NCBI GenBank assembly: GCA_963681965.1
Contig: OY820579.1
Location: 3,488,001 to 3,552,000 of the forward strand
Reading direction: 5' to 3'
DNA length: 64,000 nt
Origin: a bacterium
GTDB taxonomy: Bacteria > Electryoneota > JAOADG01
Part shown: in pieces, positions 37,184 to 46,648 of the stretch
How positions within the stretch are numbered: the stretch's first letter is position 1
Layout of the letters: each line of letters starts with the position of its first letter
The notes under the pieces: generated by a model
The model's input: only the letters and a program-made list of their open reading frames with translations
Told to the model about the DNA's origin: nothing
The model's database searches: none
Position numbers and translations under genes: made by a program

Positions 37184-38188
37184 TCACTTGCGATAGATGG
37201 TACGCGTCGCATCGAGAGCATCAATCACCTGTTCGCGCAGCGATGTCGGAGCCAGCACTTCGCAGAAGCGCTGCCACCGCAAAACCCATGCGACCAACTC
37301 TTTCGTAACTGCAACCTGAAATCGGAGGATGATCGCACCATTTCCCTCATCGGAAATAGTCTGTGATGGGTGCCAGATTCGCTCGCGAATCGTGTCGGAA
37401 ACCGGCAATGTAAATTTCAATTCGATCTGTTCCGGTTTATGTTCGGGACCGCCGATCAAACCGATCCGATTGGCAAGCAAGCTGTCTGAGCGAAAGTCGG
37501 GATCGCGTTTGAACCGTTCTTCGAGTAGTTCCAACGACAGCATCCGGTGGAAGGGGAGCGTGAGAAATTTCTGATGCCGTTCCGAAAACGCAACGGCATA
37601 TAATGCTTCGGCAAACAGCAGTACGAGATACGGATTCAATGTCATCGTTGAAGCCTTCTCGCTAGCCGGTTTGCGATACTTGATTAGTACGCGCTGGGTT
37701 TTCGAGATGGCTGTCAGAAATGTGTCGATTTTAGTAGTATGGGTTCGGTAATCGATCGAACCATTTTGCAACAAGAGAAAAGTACTGTGGTCGCGATCGT
37801 GCCACTGCTGGATCGCATCGACTGGAAGCGATGTCCGCAACCGCTCCTGCAACCGCTTGACACCATTGGCAAACGGAGTATGTTGTACCGTTTTGGACAA
37901 TTCATCGAGTAGCAGAACTGCCGTAATCTCTTCGGCACCGAGTAACGACGGAACGGCGGATTTGAGCGGTTCCTGAAGCATCCAAATCCGCTCGTTACCA
38001 CTGCCGGGACGATCAATCAGCGGGACATTCGCCGCGGAAAGTCTCTGTAGGTCACGTTCCAGCGTCCGGCGCGAGACCTTGCGTTCGAACAACGTATACA
38101 ATTCCGAGACCCGCACTTCGCGGGATGCGATGAGTCGGGTCAAGATCTTCAGACAACGTTCCAGAACCTGTGTTTCGGTGCGTTCCAA
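37184..38188 (-). CDS. HTH-WYL-WCX transcriptional regulator (PafBC/DriD-like)
   Basis: VSRRTLERDLQRL wHTH; PY.V.LF..ALYAVA...F.T...HRM WYL core; WVLRW...CEVLAP.SLR WCX. Confidence 0.9.
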   Translation of the reverse strand: MERTETQVLERCLKILTRLIASREVRVSELYTLFERKVSRRTLERDLQRLSAANVPLIDRPGSGNERIWMLQEPLKSAVPSLLGAEEITAVLLLDELSKTVQHTPFANGVKRLQERLRTSLPVDAIQQWHDRDHSTFLLLQNGSIDYRTHTTKIDTFLTAISKTQRVLIKYRKPASEKASTMTLNPYLVLLFAEALYAVAFSERHQKFLTLPFHRMLSLELLEERFKRDPDFRSDSLLANRIGLIGGPEHKPEQIELKFTLPVSDTIRERIWHPSQTISDEGNGAIILRFQVAVTKELVAWVLRWQRFCEVLAPTSLREQVIDALDATRTIYRK

Positions 38189-38243
38189 CGACGATCCTCG
38201 CAGTGAATAGTGACTTGCCGATTACATAATAAGCACAAAAATG

Positions 38244-38270
38244 AAAAAAGCGCAGATGACTCTGCGCTTT
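38244..38270 (-). terminator. Intrinsic terminator after the response regulator
   Basis: AAAGCGCAGA-TGAC-TCTGCGCTTT stem with an A run on the + strand. Confidence 0.7.
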
Positions 38271-38290
38271 CAAAAATCTATCGAACAATA

Positions 38291-38683
38291 TCAATCGCGA
38301 ATGATACCACGCCAGCGTTCCATTTTCTCGAAAGCGTCACCGACGTTCTTCAGCAAGGTTTTCAGTTGGAACGGTTTGGCAAAGAAATCGTTGAATCCGG
38401 CTTCGAGTGCATCGACCAAATGGAACATCGAGGCATATCCGGAGATTGCGTAGATGGTCGCTGTCGGGTTCTTCTTGCGGATAATCCGGCACAACTCCAA
38501 GCCATTCATACCGGGTAAATTCAGATCGAGAATAAACAGTGGATAAGACTCTTCTTCCAATACTTCCAGAGCTGCTTCGGCAGATTCCACGGCACGAATA
38601 GCATATCCCGACAAGCGAAATGCTTCGATCAATAATTCTCGAATATTCAGCTCATCGTCTACGACTAAAACTTTGCGTTCCAT
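38291..38683 (-). CDS. Single-domain (CheY-like) response regulator
   Basis: VLVVDDE, LDLNLPGMNG (phospho-Asp), ISGY, FAKPF. Confidence 0.92.
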   Translation of the reverse strand: MERKVLVVDDELNIRELLIEAFRLSGYAIRAVESAEAALEVLEEESYPLFILDLNLPGMNGLELCRIIRKKNPTATIYAISGYASMFHLVDALEAGFNDFFAKPFQLKTLLKNVGDAFEKMERWRGIIRD

Positions 38684-38744
38684 TCACGAAACCTTTTTTA
38701 AAAAGTGTCCTGCAATCACCGAATTCTCGAAGTCTGCTCTTCTC

Positions 38745-38771
38745 TATTCGGCAGCTCGCATCACAAGCTTA
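38745..38771 (-). promoter_or_regulatory. Putative sigma-28 (FliA) promoter
   Basis: Minus strand reads TAAG-N15-GCCGAATA, about 60 bp upstream of the response regulator start; consensus is TAAA-N15-GCCGATAA. Confidence 0.5.
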
Positions 38772-39163
38772 ACCAAGAATCGAGAATAAAGTGATTTTTC
38801 AATATTAAGCAAAACAAACAAAGATCAATCGCTAAAGCACACAGCATCGCTTTCTAAGCTTATAACTTTGAAAGCTAATCGATTTTATCACCGAATCCAA
38901 ACGTAATGCTCGATTTTTAGCCAGATATCGCGAATTTATCGTGTTCATGAACACATGAAGAAATCGGATCCGGCTGGTAAACGATTTAGATAATAATAAT
39001 CAAGCTCGAGCACAATTACTCAAAAATTGCTATTTTCATCATGGATGAACTATTTGCCTATGCTCCCGATATCGGATATACTACTTTCGATCGCAATTTG
39101 TTTCCCATTATTGGAAGAATGACAAGATTTCGTAACATTCAAAAAACATGAAAGGATCTTCCG

Positions 39164-39808
39164 ATGAAATTGAATGACCAATCGACCGGTAGAATATTGT
39201 TAGGAAGCTTGTTACTGGCTGTTTTATCGGTTTTTCCGATTACCGTATTTGCCGGCGAACAAACTGCGGGTAAAACCGATCAGCTAATTTCGGCGAAAAT
39301 GAATAAAGAGATGATGGATCGGTGGCAAAAGTACGCCACACCCGGTGCCGAACATGACCGATTGGCAAAAACCGCGGGGAAATGGAAGACCGAAATCAAG
39401 ATGTGGATGGATCCCAGTGCACCTCCTTCGATCAGCAAAGGAACGAGTGATCGAACGATGGTACTTGACGGGCATTATCTGGAAATCACTTATTCCGCAA
39501 TCATGGGCGGTATGGATTTCAAAGGGATGGGTATTCTAGGGTTCGATAAATTCAAAGAAATGTACACCATGACATGGATGGACAATATGGGCACAGCCAT
39601 TGGTATTTCTTATGGGAAAGCCGACCCGAAGACGAATGAAATTATCCTCCGTGGGAAAGCCGACGAACCAATGACCGGTGAAAAAGATAAAGATATCCAA
39701 TACATTATCCGATCGATCGACGAAGACCATTTTGTCTTCGAAATGTACGACACGATCCAAGGGAAACTAGAAAAAGTCGGAGAAATTGCCCACGAGCGGA
39801 TCAAATAG
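39164..39808 (+). CDS. DUF1579-family exported protein
   Basis: ATPG.EH..L...AGKW, LDGHYL, F.GMG.LGFD, W.DNMGT. Confidence 0.82.
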   Translation: MKLNDQSTGRILLGSLLLAVLSVFPITVFAGEQTAGKTDQLISAKMNKEMMDRWQKYATPGAEHDRLAKTAGKWKTEIKMWMDPSAPPSISKGTSDRTMVLDGHYLEITYSAIMGGMDFKGMGILGFDKFKEMYTMTWMDNMGTAIGISYGKADPKTNEIILRGKADEPMTGEKDKDIQYIIRSIDEDHFVFEMYDTIQGKLEKVGEIAHERIK

Positions 39809-39827
39809 CCTGATTATTATCTAAGCG

Positions 39828-39857
39828 AAGCCGGGACATTGTTTCCGGCTTTTTTTT
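39828..39857 (+). terminator. Intrinsic terminator
   Basis: AAGCCGG...CCGGCTT followed by a T run. Confidence 0.75.
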
Positions 39858-40078
39858 ATTGAATCCTTATTCCCAATCCCTAACACCCTATCCCCAATCC
39901 CTGATTTTCGGTGTATAATCCTGTAACATCGGGCTTTCCGAGGGAGTTGTGGATCGCAAATTTCTAGCCGATATTGATAGGTTTCCATTCTACACGGGTT
40001 TTGTGCCCATCCCCCGGTTTGGTCGCATCTCCCGCCTAATCTCCGCAATCTTCAATTTCGGTAAGGTAGATTTGAACA

Positions 40079-41218
40079 ATGAAAGATATTCGCAACGAAA
40101 TTCTCGCCAAACAGTTAATCGATTATTCGATCGCAATGCAGCCCGGTGAAATCCTCTATTTAGAAATGAAGGGGAAAGAGACACTGGAACTGGGTAAAGA
40201 AATCATCCGCCACGCTACCGCCAAAGGGGTCACGCCAGTCTGGTTCTACAACGACGAATCGATTCTCCGTAATTTCCTCGGGGCGGCATCGGAAGCGCAA
40301 TTCAAGCAAGCTGCCGATATGCATCTGCACTGGATGCAGAAAGCGCACGGCTACATCGGTCTGCGCGGTTCCGACAATCCATTCGATCTCGCCGATATCG
40401 ACAGCAAACAACGAGTAATGTGGAACAAGTTGTTCGTTCATCCGGTACATATGGAAGAGCGCGTCAAACGCACCAAATGGGTAGTATTACGCTATCCGAA
40501 CAACGCTATGGCGCAATTGGCGGAAACGTCACAAGAGAAATTCGAAAAGTTCTATTTCGAAGTTTGCTGTGCCGACTATGCTAAGATGTCGAAAGCGGAA
40601 GACAAGTTGAAGGCATTGATGGATGCCACCGACAAAGTACGGTTGGTCGCACCCGGCACCGATCTTCGATTTTCCATCAAAGGTATCAATAGCATCAAGT
40701 GCGACGGCAAGTGCAATATTCCCGACGGTGAAGTATACACGGCACCGGTTCGCGATTCGGTCAATGGCACGATTGCATACAACACCCCATCGCTGCATGA
40801 AGGTACTGTTTACAACGATATCTCGTTGACTTTCGAAAACGGGAAAATTATCAAAGCTACTTGCTCCGGCGACAACGAGAAGTTGAATAAAGTATTCGAT
40901 ACCGATGAAGGCGCACGCTATGTTGGCGAATTCGCAGTCGGCGTCAATCCGTTCATTCTCCATCCGATGAAAGATACGTTATTCGACGAGAAGATTGCCG
41001 GATCAATTCACTTCACACCGGGTCAGTGTTACGATGAAGCACCGAACGGCAATTCATCGGCGATCCACTGGGATCTTGTGTTGATACAACGTTCCGATTA
41101 CGGCGGCGGCGAGATCTGGTTCGACGACAAATTGATTCGCAAAGACGGTGTGTTTACCGATCCGGATCTGGAAAATGAATTTTCAAAAGAGAATTTAAAA
41201 AGTTCCATTCAGTTTTAA
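40079..41218 (+). CDS. M29-family (thermophilic metalloprotease) aminopeptidase
   Basis: NIPDGEVYTAP, GARYVGEFAVG, LFDEKIAGSIHF, SAIHWDLV. Confidence 0.92.
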   Translation: MKDIRNEILAKQLIDYSIAMQPGEILYLEMKGKETLELGKEIIRHATAKGVTPVWFYNDESILRNFLGAASEAQFKQAADMHLHWMQKAHGYIGLRGSDNPFDLADIDSKQRVMWNKLFVHPVHMEERVKRTKWVVLRYPNNAMAQLAETSQEKFEKFYFEVCCADYAKMSKAEDKLKALMDATDKVRLVAPGTDLRFSIKGINSIKCDGKCNIPDGEVYTAPVRDSVNGTIAYNTPSLHEGTVYNDISLTFENGKIIKATCSGDNEKLNKVFDTDEGARYVGEFAVGVNPFILHPMKDTLFDEKIAGSIHFTPGQCYDEAPNGNSSAIHWDLVLIQRSDYGGGEIWFDDKLIRKDGVFTDPDLENEFSKENLKSSIQF

Positions 41219-41322
41219 GATTGTACTGCCGGTTTGATTGACTTAAGCCGGCAATTTTATTAGCAGCAGACATCGTTTCTGCTCAAACATCGATTACACC
41301 AGTGGGTTACTTCGAGGTTGTC

Positions 41323-42666
41323 ATGTTAACGGAAAAAGAACTCAAAACGATCGCGGAAAAAGCGCTCTCGCTTTGCGGTAAGCTGGATGCGGAGGTCATG
41401 GTCTCATCCGGCGATAGCGCGCTTACCCGGTTCAGCGATAATATCATCACTCAGAATGTTTCGGCTGAGACAGTTGGATTGACCATTCGACTTATTGCCG
41501 ACGGAAAAGTTGGCAAATCGTCCACCGGTTATCTGACCGACGACGGTATTCGCAACTGCATCGATACCGCGAAATTAGTACTGAAAGTCAATTCACCCGA
41601 CCCGGTGCTGATGCCACTTTCCGGACCACATACCTATGTGGATCAGGAGAATTTCTCACAAAACACGCTTGATGCGACTCCGGAATTTCGTGCCGACAGC
41701 GTGGTGAAAGCGATCGAGCGGTTCAAGCGCGACAATCTGAAGGGTGCTGGCATTTTCTCGTCCGGCGGCAGCACGTTTTATATGGCGAATAGCGCGGGAA
41801 TGCGAGCATTCAATCGTTCGACTCAAGCATCGTTTTCTATTTCCGCAATGACTGAAGATTCTTCAGGTTGGTCGGAAGCATTCGGACCGAATATCGACGA
41901 AATCGATACCGTGAAAGTCGCCGATATCGCAGCTCAAAAAGCGATTCTTGGCAAGAACCCGAGCGAAGTCGAACCGGGTCCATGGACGGTTGTTTTAGAA
42001 CCGTCGGCGGTATCCGATTTCATTATGTTCCTCGCATGGGAAGGTTTCAACGGTTTGGCACTGGCGGAAGAGCGCAGTTGCTTCGCCGGTAAGATCGGTG
42101 AAAAAGTAGTCGGCGATAACATCACTTTCACCGACGACTGCTTCCATCCGCTATCGAAGGGTATCACTTTCGACTTCGAAGGGTTCCCGCGACAGCGCGT
42201 ACCATTGATCGAAAAGGGTGTCTTCAAAGGTGCTGTCCACGATCGACGCACTGCGAAGAAGTGCAATTCGGAGAATACCGGTCATGCGTTGCCGCAACCC
42301 GATTCCTTCGGTCCCGTGCCGGTCAACGTGATTGTCTCGAACGGCGATTCGTCACTGGAAAAAATGATTGCGTCGACCGAACGAGGTCTGTTGGTGACGC
42401 GATTGCACTACTGCAATCTGTTGAATCCGATGACAGTGTTAATCACCGGTATGAGCCGCGACGGTTTGTTCCTGATCGAAAACGGTAAGGTGACCAAGGG
42501 TGTGAAGAACATGCGGTTCACCGAATCGGTACTGCAGGCATTGAACAATGTCGAAGCGTTGAGCAGCGATCTGCACAAGACCGAAACGTTCTGGGGCGGT
42601 GGCGGAACTGTGGTTCCGGCAATGAAGATCCGCGATTTCCATTTCACCAGCAAGACCGAGAATTAA
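41323..42666 (+). CDS. TldE/PmbA-family protein
   Basis: LTRFSDN.I.QN, WTVVLEP.AV, FDFEG.P, STERGLLVTR, NMRFTES; lacks HExxxH; ATG at 41323 after GAGG. Confidence 0.88.
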   Translation: MLTEKELKTIAEKALSLCGKLDAEVMVSSGDSALTRFSDNIITQNVSAETVGLTIRLIADGKVGKSSTGYLTDDGIRNCIDTAKLVLKVNSPDPVLMPLSGPHTYVDQENFSQNTLDATPEFRADSVVKAIERFKRDNLKGAGIFSSGGSTFYMANSAGMRAFNRSTQASFSISAMTEDSSGWSEAFGPNIDEIDTVKVADIAAQKAILGKNPSEVEPGPWTVVLEPSAVSDFIMFLAWEGFNGLALAEERSCFAGKIGEKVVGDNITFTDDCFHPLSKGITFDFEGFPRQRVPLIEKGVFKGAVHDRRTAKKCNSENTGHALPQPDSFGPVPVNVIVSNGDSSLEKMIASTERGLLVTRLHYCNLLNPMTVLITGMSRDGLFLIENGKVTKGVKNMRFTESVLQALNNVEALSSDLHKTETFWGGGGTVVPAMKIRDFHFTSKTEN

Positions 42667-42689
42667 CGGCAAAGGAAAGCGAGAATACT

Positions 42690-44138
42690 ATGAGAAAACT
42701 AGCCGAACGCGCGGTGGAAACCGCTAAAGTTAGAGGGGCGAGTTACGCCGATTGCCGGATAATTTTCACCCGCGAACAAGAAATTACCGTTCAAAATGGC
42801 AAAGTGACCGATCTCGGTTTCGGTGAAGATATTGGTTTCGGAGTACGCGTCCTTGCCGACGGAGCCTGGGGTTTTGCCTGTGCACCAGCCGTAACGGCGG
42901 AAGAGATGGATCGTGTTGCCGCGATTGCCGTACGGATCGCCAAAGCCTCTGCGCGACTGAAAGACAAAGACGTTCGTCTTGCACCGGAACCAGTCTGGGA
43001 TGAACGCTGGCAGACTCCGATCGTCGAAGATCCGTTTGGCGTCTCGATCGAAGAGAAGCTCGGATTGCTGTTCCAGATCGACGAAATCTTGCGTAAGGAT
43101 CCCCGGATCAAATCCGCCGAGGGCACCCTTTCATTCAAGACCGAGCATCAGTGGATGGCGACAAGTGAAGGGTCGTTCATCGACCAATTGTTGATTCGCA
43201 GTGGTGGTGGCTATTCCGCGACTGCGGTCGGCGACGGTGAAGTGCAGACACGCAGCTATCCGAATGCGGCGCGGGGACAATTCATGACCAAGGGGTACGA
43301 ATTGATTCGCGGACTGCATTTGGTCGATCATGCCGAGCGAGTGCGGGAAGAAGCGATTGCGTTATTAACGGCTCCGACTTGTCCGACCGGAAAGCGCGAC
43401 ATCATCATCGACGGTACGCAGTTGTGTCTGCAGATTCACGAATCGGTCGGACACGCTACCGAATTGGATCGCGTGCTGGGTATGGAAGCGAATTACGCCG
43501 GAATGAGTTTCGCGACCACCGAAAAATTGGGCAATTTCATGTACGGCTCGCCGCTAGTCAATTTGGTCTGCGACTCGACCGTACCGGGCGGCTTGGCAAC
43601 GATCGGTTGGGACGACGACGGTGTTCGCGCACAACGATATCATCTGGTGAAGAATGGTAAATTCGTCGGTTATCAGTACAATCGCGAATTGGCTCATACG
43701 ATTGGTTCCGAGCGATCCAGCGGTAACAGTCGTGCCGAAGGGTGGTCGAATATTCCGATCGTGCGCATCACGAATTTGTCGCTGATGCCGGGCGATTGGG
43801 AATACAATGACCTGCTTGCCGATACCGAAGGCGGTATTGTTATGGAAACCAATCGGTGCTGGTCGATCGATCAATGGCGCTTGAATTTCCAATTCGGCGT
43901 CGAAGCTGCTTGGGAAATCAAGGGCGGTCAGAAGGGTCAATTGTACAAGAATGCCAACTATCAAGGCATCACCCCGCAATTCTGGGGTAGTTGCGATGCG
44001 ATCTGCAACGATAAATACTGGCAGTTGTGGGGCGTTCGAAATTGCGGTAAGGGTCAACCGGGTCAAACGGCAGAAATGTCGCATGGATCGGCTCCCACGC
44101 GGTTCCGTGGAGTTGAGATCGGTGTCGGTAATAGCTGA
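42690..44138 (+). CDS. tldD: TldD-family metalloprotease
   Basis: GFGVRV, QIHESVGHATELDR (HExxxH), DDDGV, NCGKGQP. Confidence 0.9.
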   Translation: MRKLAERAVETAKVRGASYADCRIIFTREQEITVQNGKVTDLGFGEDIGFGVRVLADGAWGFACAPAVTAEEMDRVAAIAVRIAKASARLKDKDVRLAPEPVWDERWQTPIVEDPFGVSIEEKLGLLFQIDEILRKDPRIKSAEGTLSFKTEHQWMATSEGSFIDQLLIRSGGGYSATAVGDGEVQTRSYPNAARGQFMTKGYELIRGLHLVDHAERVREEAIALLTAPTCPTGKRDIIIDGTQLCLQIHESVGHATELDRVLGMEANYAGMSFATTEKLGNFMYGSPLVNLVCDSTVPGGLATIGWDDDGVRAQRYHLVKNGKFVGYQYNRELAHTIGSERSSGNSRAEGWSNIPIVRITNLSLMPGDWEYNDLLADTEGGIVMETNRCWSIDQWRLNFQFGVEAAWEIKGGQKGQLYKNANYQGITPQFWGSCDAICNDKYWQLWGVRNCGKGQPGQTAEMSHGSAPTRFRGVEIGVGNS

Positions 44139-44160
44139 TTTAGTATCTCTTTGATTTTTT

Positions 44161-44194
44161 ACAGGCGGGGCAAACGTTCCGCCTGTTTTTTTTT
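44161..44194 (+). terminator. Intrinsic terminator
   Basis: ACAGGCGG...CCGCCTGT followed by a T run. Confidence 0.8.
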
Positions 44195-44411
44195 AATCCA
44201 ACTGCGATTAAGTTTGGAAAGTGACTTATTCGTTTTATTTAATTGGATTGTTCATTCTCGTATTATCTATTACTTAGCTTCGAAATACACGATTCCGGTA
44301 ATATTCGCATTTTTATTCCATATTTTCTTATGAGTAGAATTATACATATTTTGAGGTTATCTTACGGAAGCTATTCTTTAGCGTTTCATTCACACATCAC
44401 AGGAGAAATCA

Positions 44412-45059
44412 ATGAAAAAAATCATCATCTTCACCCTTCTTGCGCTGTCCGCATTGACTATTTTTGGTTGCACCAAGAGCGACGACGACAATCCGGCGGC
44501 TCCGGTAACAAATTACTTGACCCTTCAATCGCGCCCAGATACTTCCTACGGCGATTGGTTCTATATTGCCGGTCAGACCACCGATTCCGATTCCGCAATT
44601 TATGCCGAATTTACTTCCAGCCAAGCTGGTAAACTAGACAAAATTAAAATTATGTTTGGTCACTGGGATAGTGGTACTTCGACATTGGTTCCCGTCGATG
44701 TGAAGATCTTCAGCAAGAGTGGAACGTCAGTTGGAACACAACGCGGTACCACCGTAAATATTCCGATCAACAGCATTATCGACAATACTACCAATCAATA
44801 TCGCTGGACTGAAGTTTCATTCGCCGGTCAGAATCTTTCGGTTGCGAATGGTGAACACTTCTACGTATCGGTTACCCCCCGATTTACTTATCCGCTTGCA
44901 GCGAACAGCCTCGAAAAAATGTATTTGAGCATCGACTCGCGAGTGTTGAATTCGAATGGCGTCATTTTCAATGTATTGCAGGATGACGGCACGTTCCGTG
45001 CATTTGTTCCGGCAGACAGCGAAGGCGATTGCGGTATTGCAGCGGTGATTTCTTACTAA
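44412..45059 (+). CDS. Hypothetical lipoprotein (beta-sandwich-like)
   Basis: Lipobox IFG-C followed by TKSDDDN; AGGAG RBS. Confidence 0.75.
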   Translation: MKKIIIFTLLALSALTIFGCTKSDDDNPAAPVTNYLTLQSRPDTSYGDWFYIAGQTTDSDSAIYAEFTSSQAGKLDKIKIMFGHWDSGTSTLVPVDVKIFSKSGTSVGTQRGTTVNIPINSIIDNTTNQYRWTEVSFAGQNLSVANGEHFYVSVTPRFTYPLAANSLEKMYLSIDSRVLNSNGVIFNVLQDDGTFRAFVPADSEGDCGIAAVISY

Positions 45060-45081
45060 TCCCGATTTCATTTCGAGTATG

Positions 45082-45111
45082 AAAACGCTCCACGATGTGG
45101 AGCGTTTTTTT
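45082..45111 (+). terminator. Intrinsic terminator
   Basis: AAAACGCTCCAC-GAT-GTGGAGCGTTTT followed by T residues. Confidence 0.8.
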
Positions 45112-45362
45112 CTTATCAAATGCGACTCATGGATCAAGGAAACAGTTTTACCTCTTTTTCCCCACACCCAACGCCTACCAAACAGCCCCGATCTTGAACG
45201 TAGAGCACCACAATCGAAGCACTATTTTCCCTCGCAGTCATATTGCTTACATTCATACGGAAAATAGATCCTTCCTCGAGATTGCATTTCGACATGACAA
45301 CATCGTAAAAGCAAATACCGAGGAATTGCGTTTCGTTAATCTATAAAGAGAACAACAGATCT

Positions 45363-46181
45363 GTGCCAACCTTTGGGAAAAGTTTTTGGCGACGTCACTT
45401 CGATAGCTGGCTTGCCTTGTCACTGTGGATCGTCACGATATTCCTGGCGATCCTGACTGGTGGTCCAACCGGTTCCGCACTCAGTGCGTCGATTTCAACC
45501 GGGGTCGCTTGGATCACCTCGCCATTGCTATGGATTCCGCGAACGATCGCACTTTGGTCGGATAATGCCACCCTTCGTCATGATCTGATGCTCGCTCAAG
45601 GCGAATTATCGTTTTTGCGCGAGGCACTCGCGGAGAACGAGCGTCTCCGCACCATGATCGGATTCACACCTCCCACCAACTGGACCTTTAAGAGTGCCGA
45701 AGTGATCGGTCGATATCGCCGAATCGGCAATCGCCGGATTGTGATTAATGCCGGTGCCAATCACGGCGTCTTCCCGCCAATGCCGGTGATGACCACGTCC
45801 GGGCTTGTAGGACGGGTATTGAAATCGCAAATGTTCTCGTCCGAAGTACAGATCATGGGCGACCCGATGATGGGTGTCGCGGTACGCGATCGCCGCAGCC
45901 GTGTCGAAGGTATTCTCCGAGCTGATCACAGCGGACGTATGCAAGTCGAAGGCATTCCTCTTACCTCCGATGTGAAAGCCGGCGATTACTGGGTGACAGC
46001 CGGGGTCGGTGCGATTTATCCGAAAGGGATTCCCGTAGCGAAACAGTTACCGATGCCCGCGCCCAGCAGTCACTTCCAAAACCTCCCGGTGCAAACCGTT
46101 CAGGATCTTGATGCTGTCGAAGATGTCTTCATCCTGACCAATTATGCACAGGTGGGTAAGGAAGGGGATGTCGATCAATGA
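45363..46181 (+). CDS. mreC: Rod shape-determining protein MreC
   Basis: TM anchor, coiled coil ENERLR, AEVIG, INAG..HGV, GLVGRV, TAG.G.IYPKGIPV. Confidence 0.9.
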   Translation: MPTFGKSFWRRHFDSWLALSLWIVTIFLAILTGGPTGSALSASISTGVAWITSPLLWIPRTIALWSDNATLRHDLMLAQGELSFLREALAENERLRTMIGFTPPTNWTFKSAEVIGRYRRIGNRRIVINAGANHGVFPPMPVMTTSGLVGRVLKSQMFSSEVQIMGDPMMGVAVRDRRSRVEGILRADHSGRMQVEGIPLTSDVKAGDYWVTAGVGAIYPKGIPVAKQLPMPAPSSHFQNLPVQTVQDLDAVEDVFILTNYAQVGKEGDVDQ

Positions 46182-46648
46182 GACTGCTGTTACGCTTCCC
46201 CCGCTTTCTGTTTATTCTCGTGCCGTTACAGCTCGTTTATGGTAACCGTATCGCACTTGGCAATGCCGTACCCGATCTGATCTGGCTCGGGTTGCTCTGG
46301 GGTGCGCTGACCGTATCTCCCCGAACAGCCTATATTGCAGCATTTATTATCAGCCCGATTGCCGATTCGATGGCGGGGTTACCGCTCGGACTAACTGCCA
46401 TCGGCTGGCTCCCGGGTTTGTGGTTAGCCACCCGCGGTCGCGAACCGACAATGCCGTTACCGCGCATTCGCTGGATTGGAAGTGTTTTGATTGGTGGAAT
46501 CCTGTGTGAAGTCTTGATTCAATTTGTCGAATCGCTCACCGGTGGAAATTTCACACAGCAATTGCTGCAAGTCGGACTTCCCTCGCTTGGATACACCGTT
46601 GTATTCGCCGTTGTGCGCTCCATGTTTCCCCCATTCGGTCAAAAATGA
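46178..46648 (+). CDS. mreD: Rod shape-determining protein MreD
   Basis: Hydrophobic, PDL motif, D...G.PLG; lies between mreC and mrdA. Confidence 0.8.
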   Translation: MRLLLRFPRFLFILVPLQLVYGNRIALGNAVPDLIWLGLLWGALTVSPRTAYIAAFIISPIADSMAGLPLGLTAIGWLPGLWLATRGREPTMPLPRIRWIGSVLIGGILCEVLIQFVESLTGGNFTQQLLQVGLPSLGYTVVFAVVRSMFPPFGQK

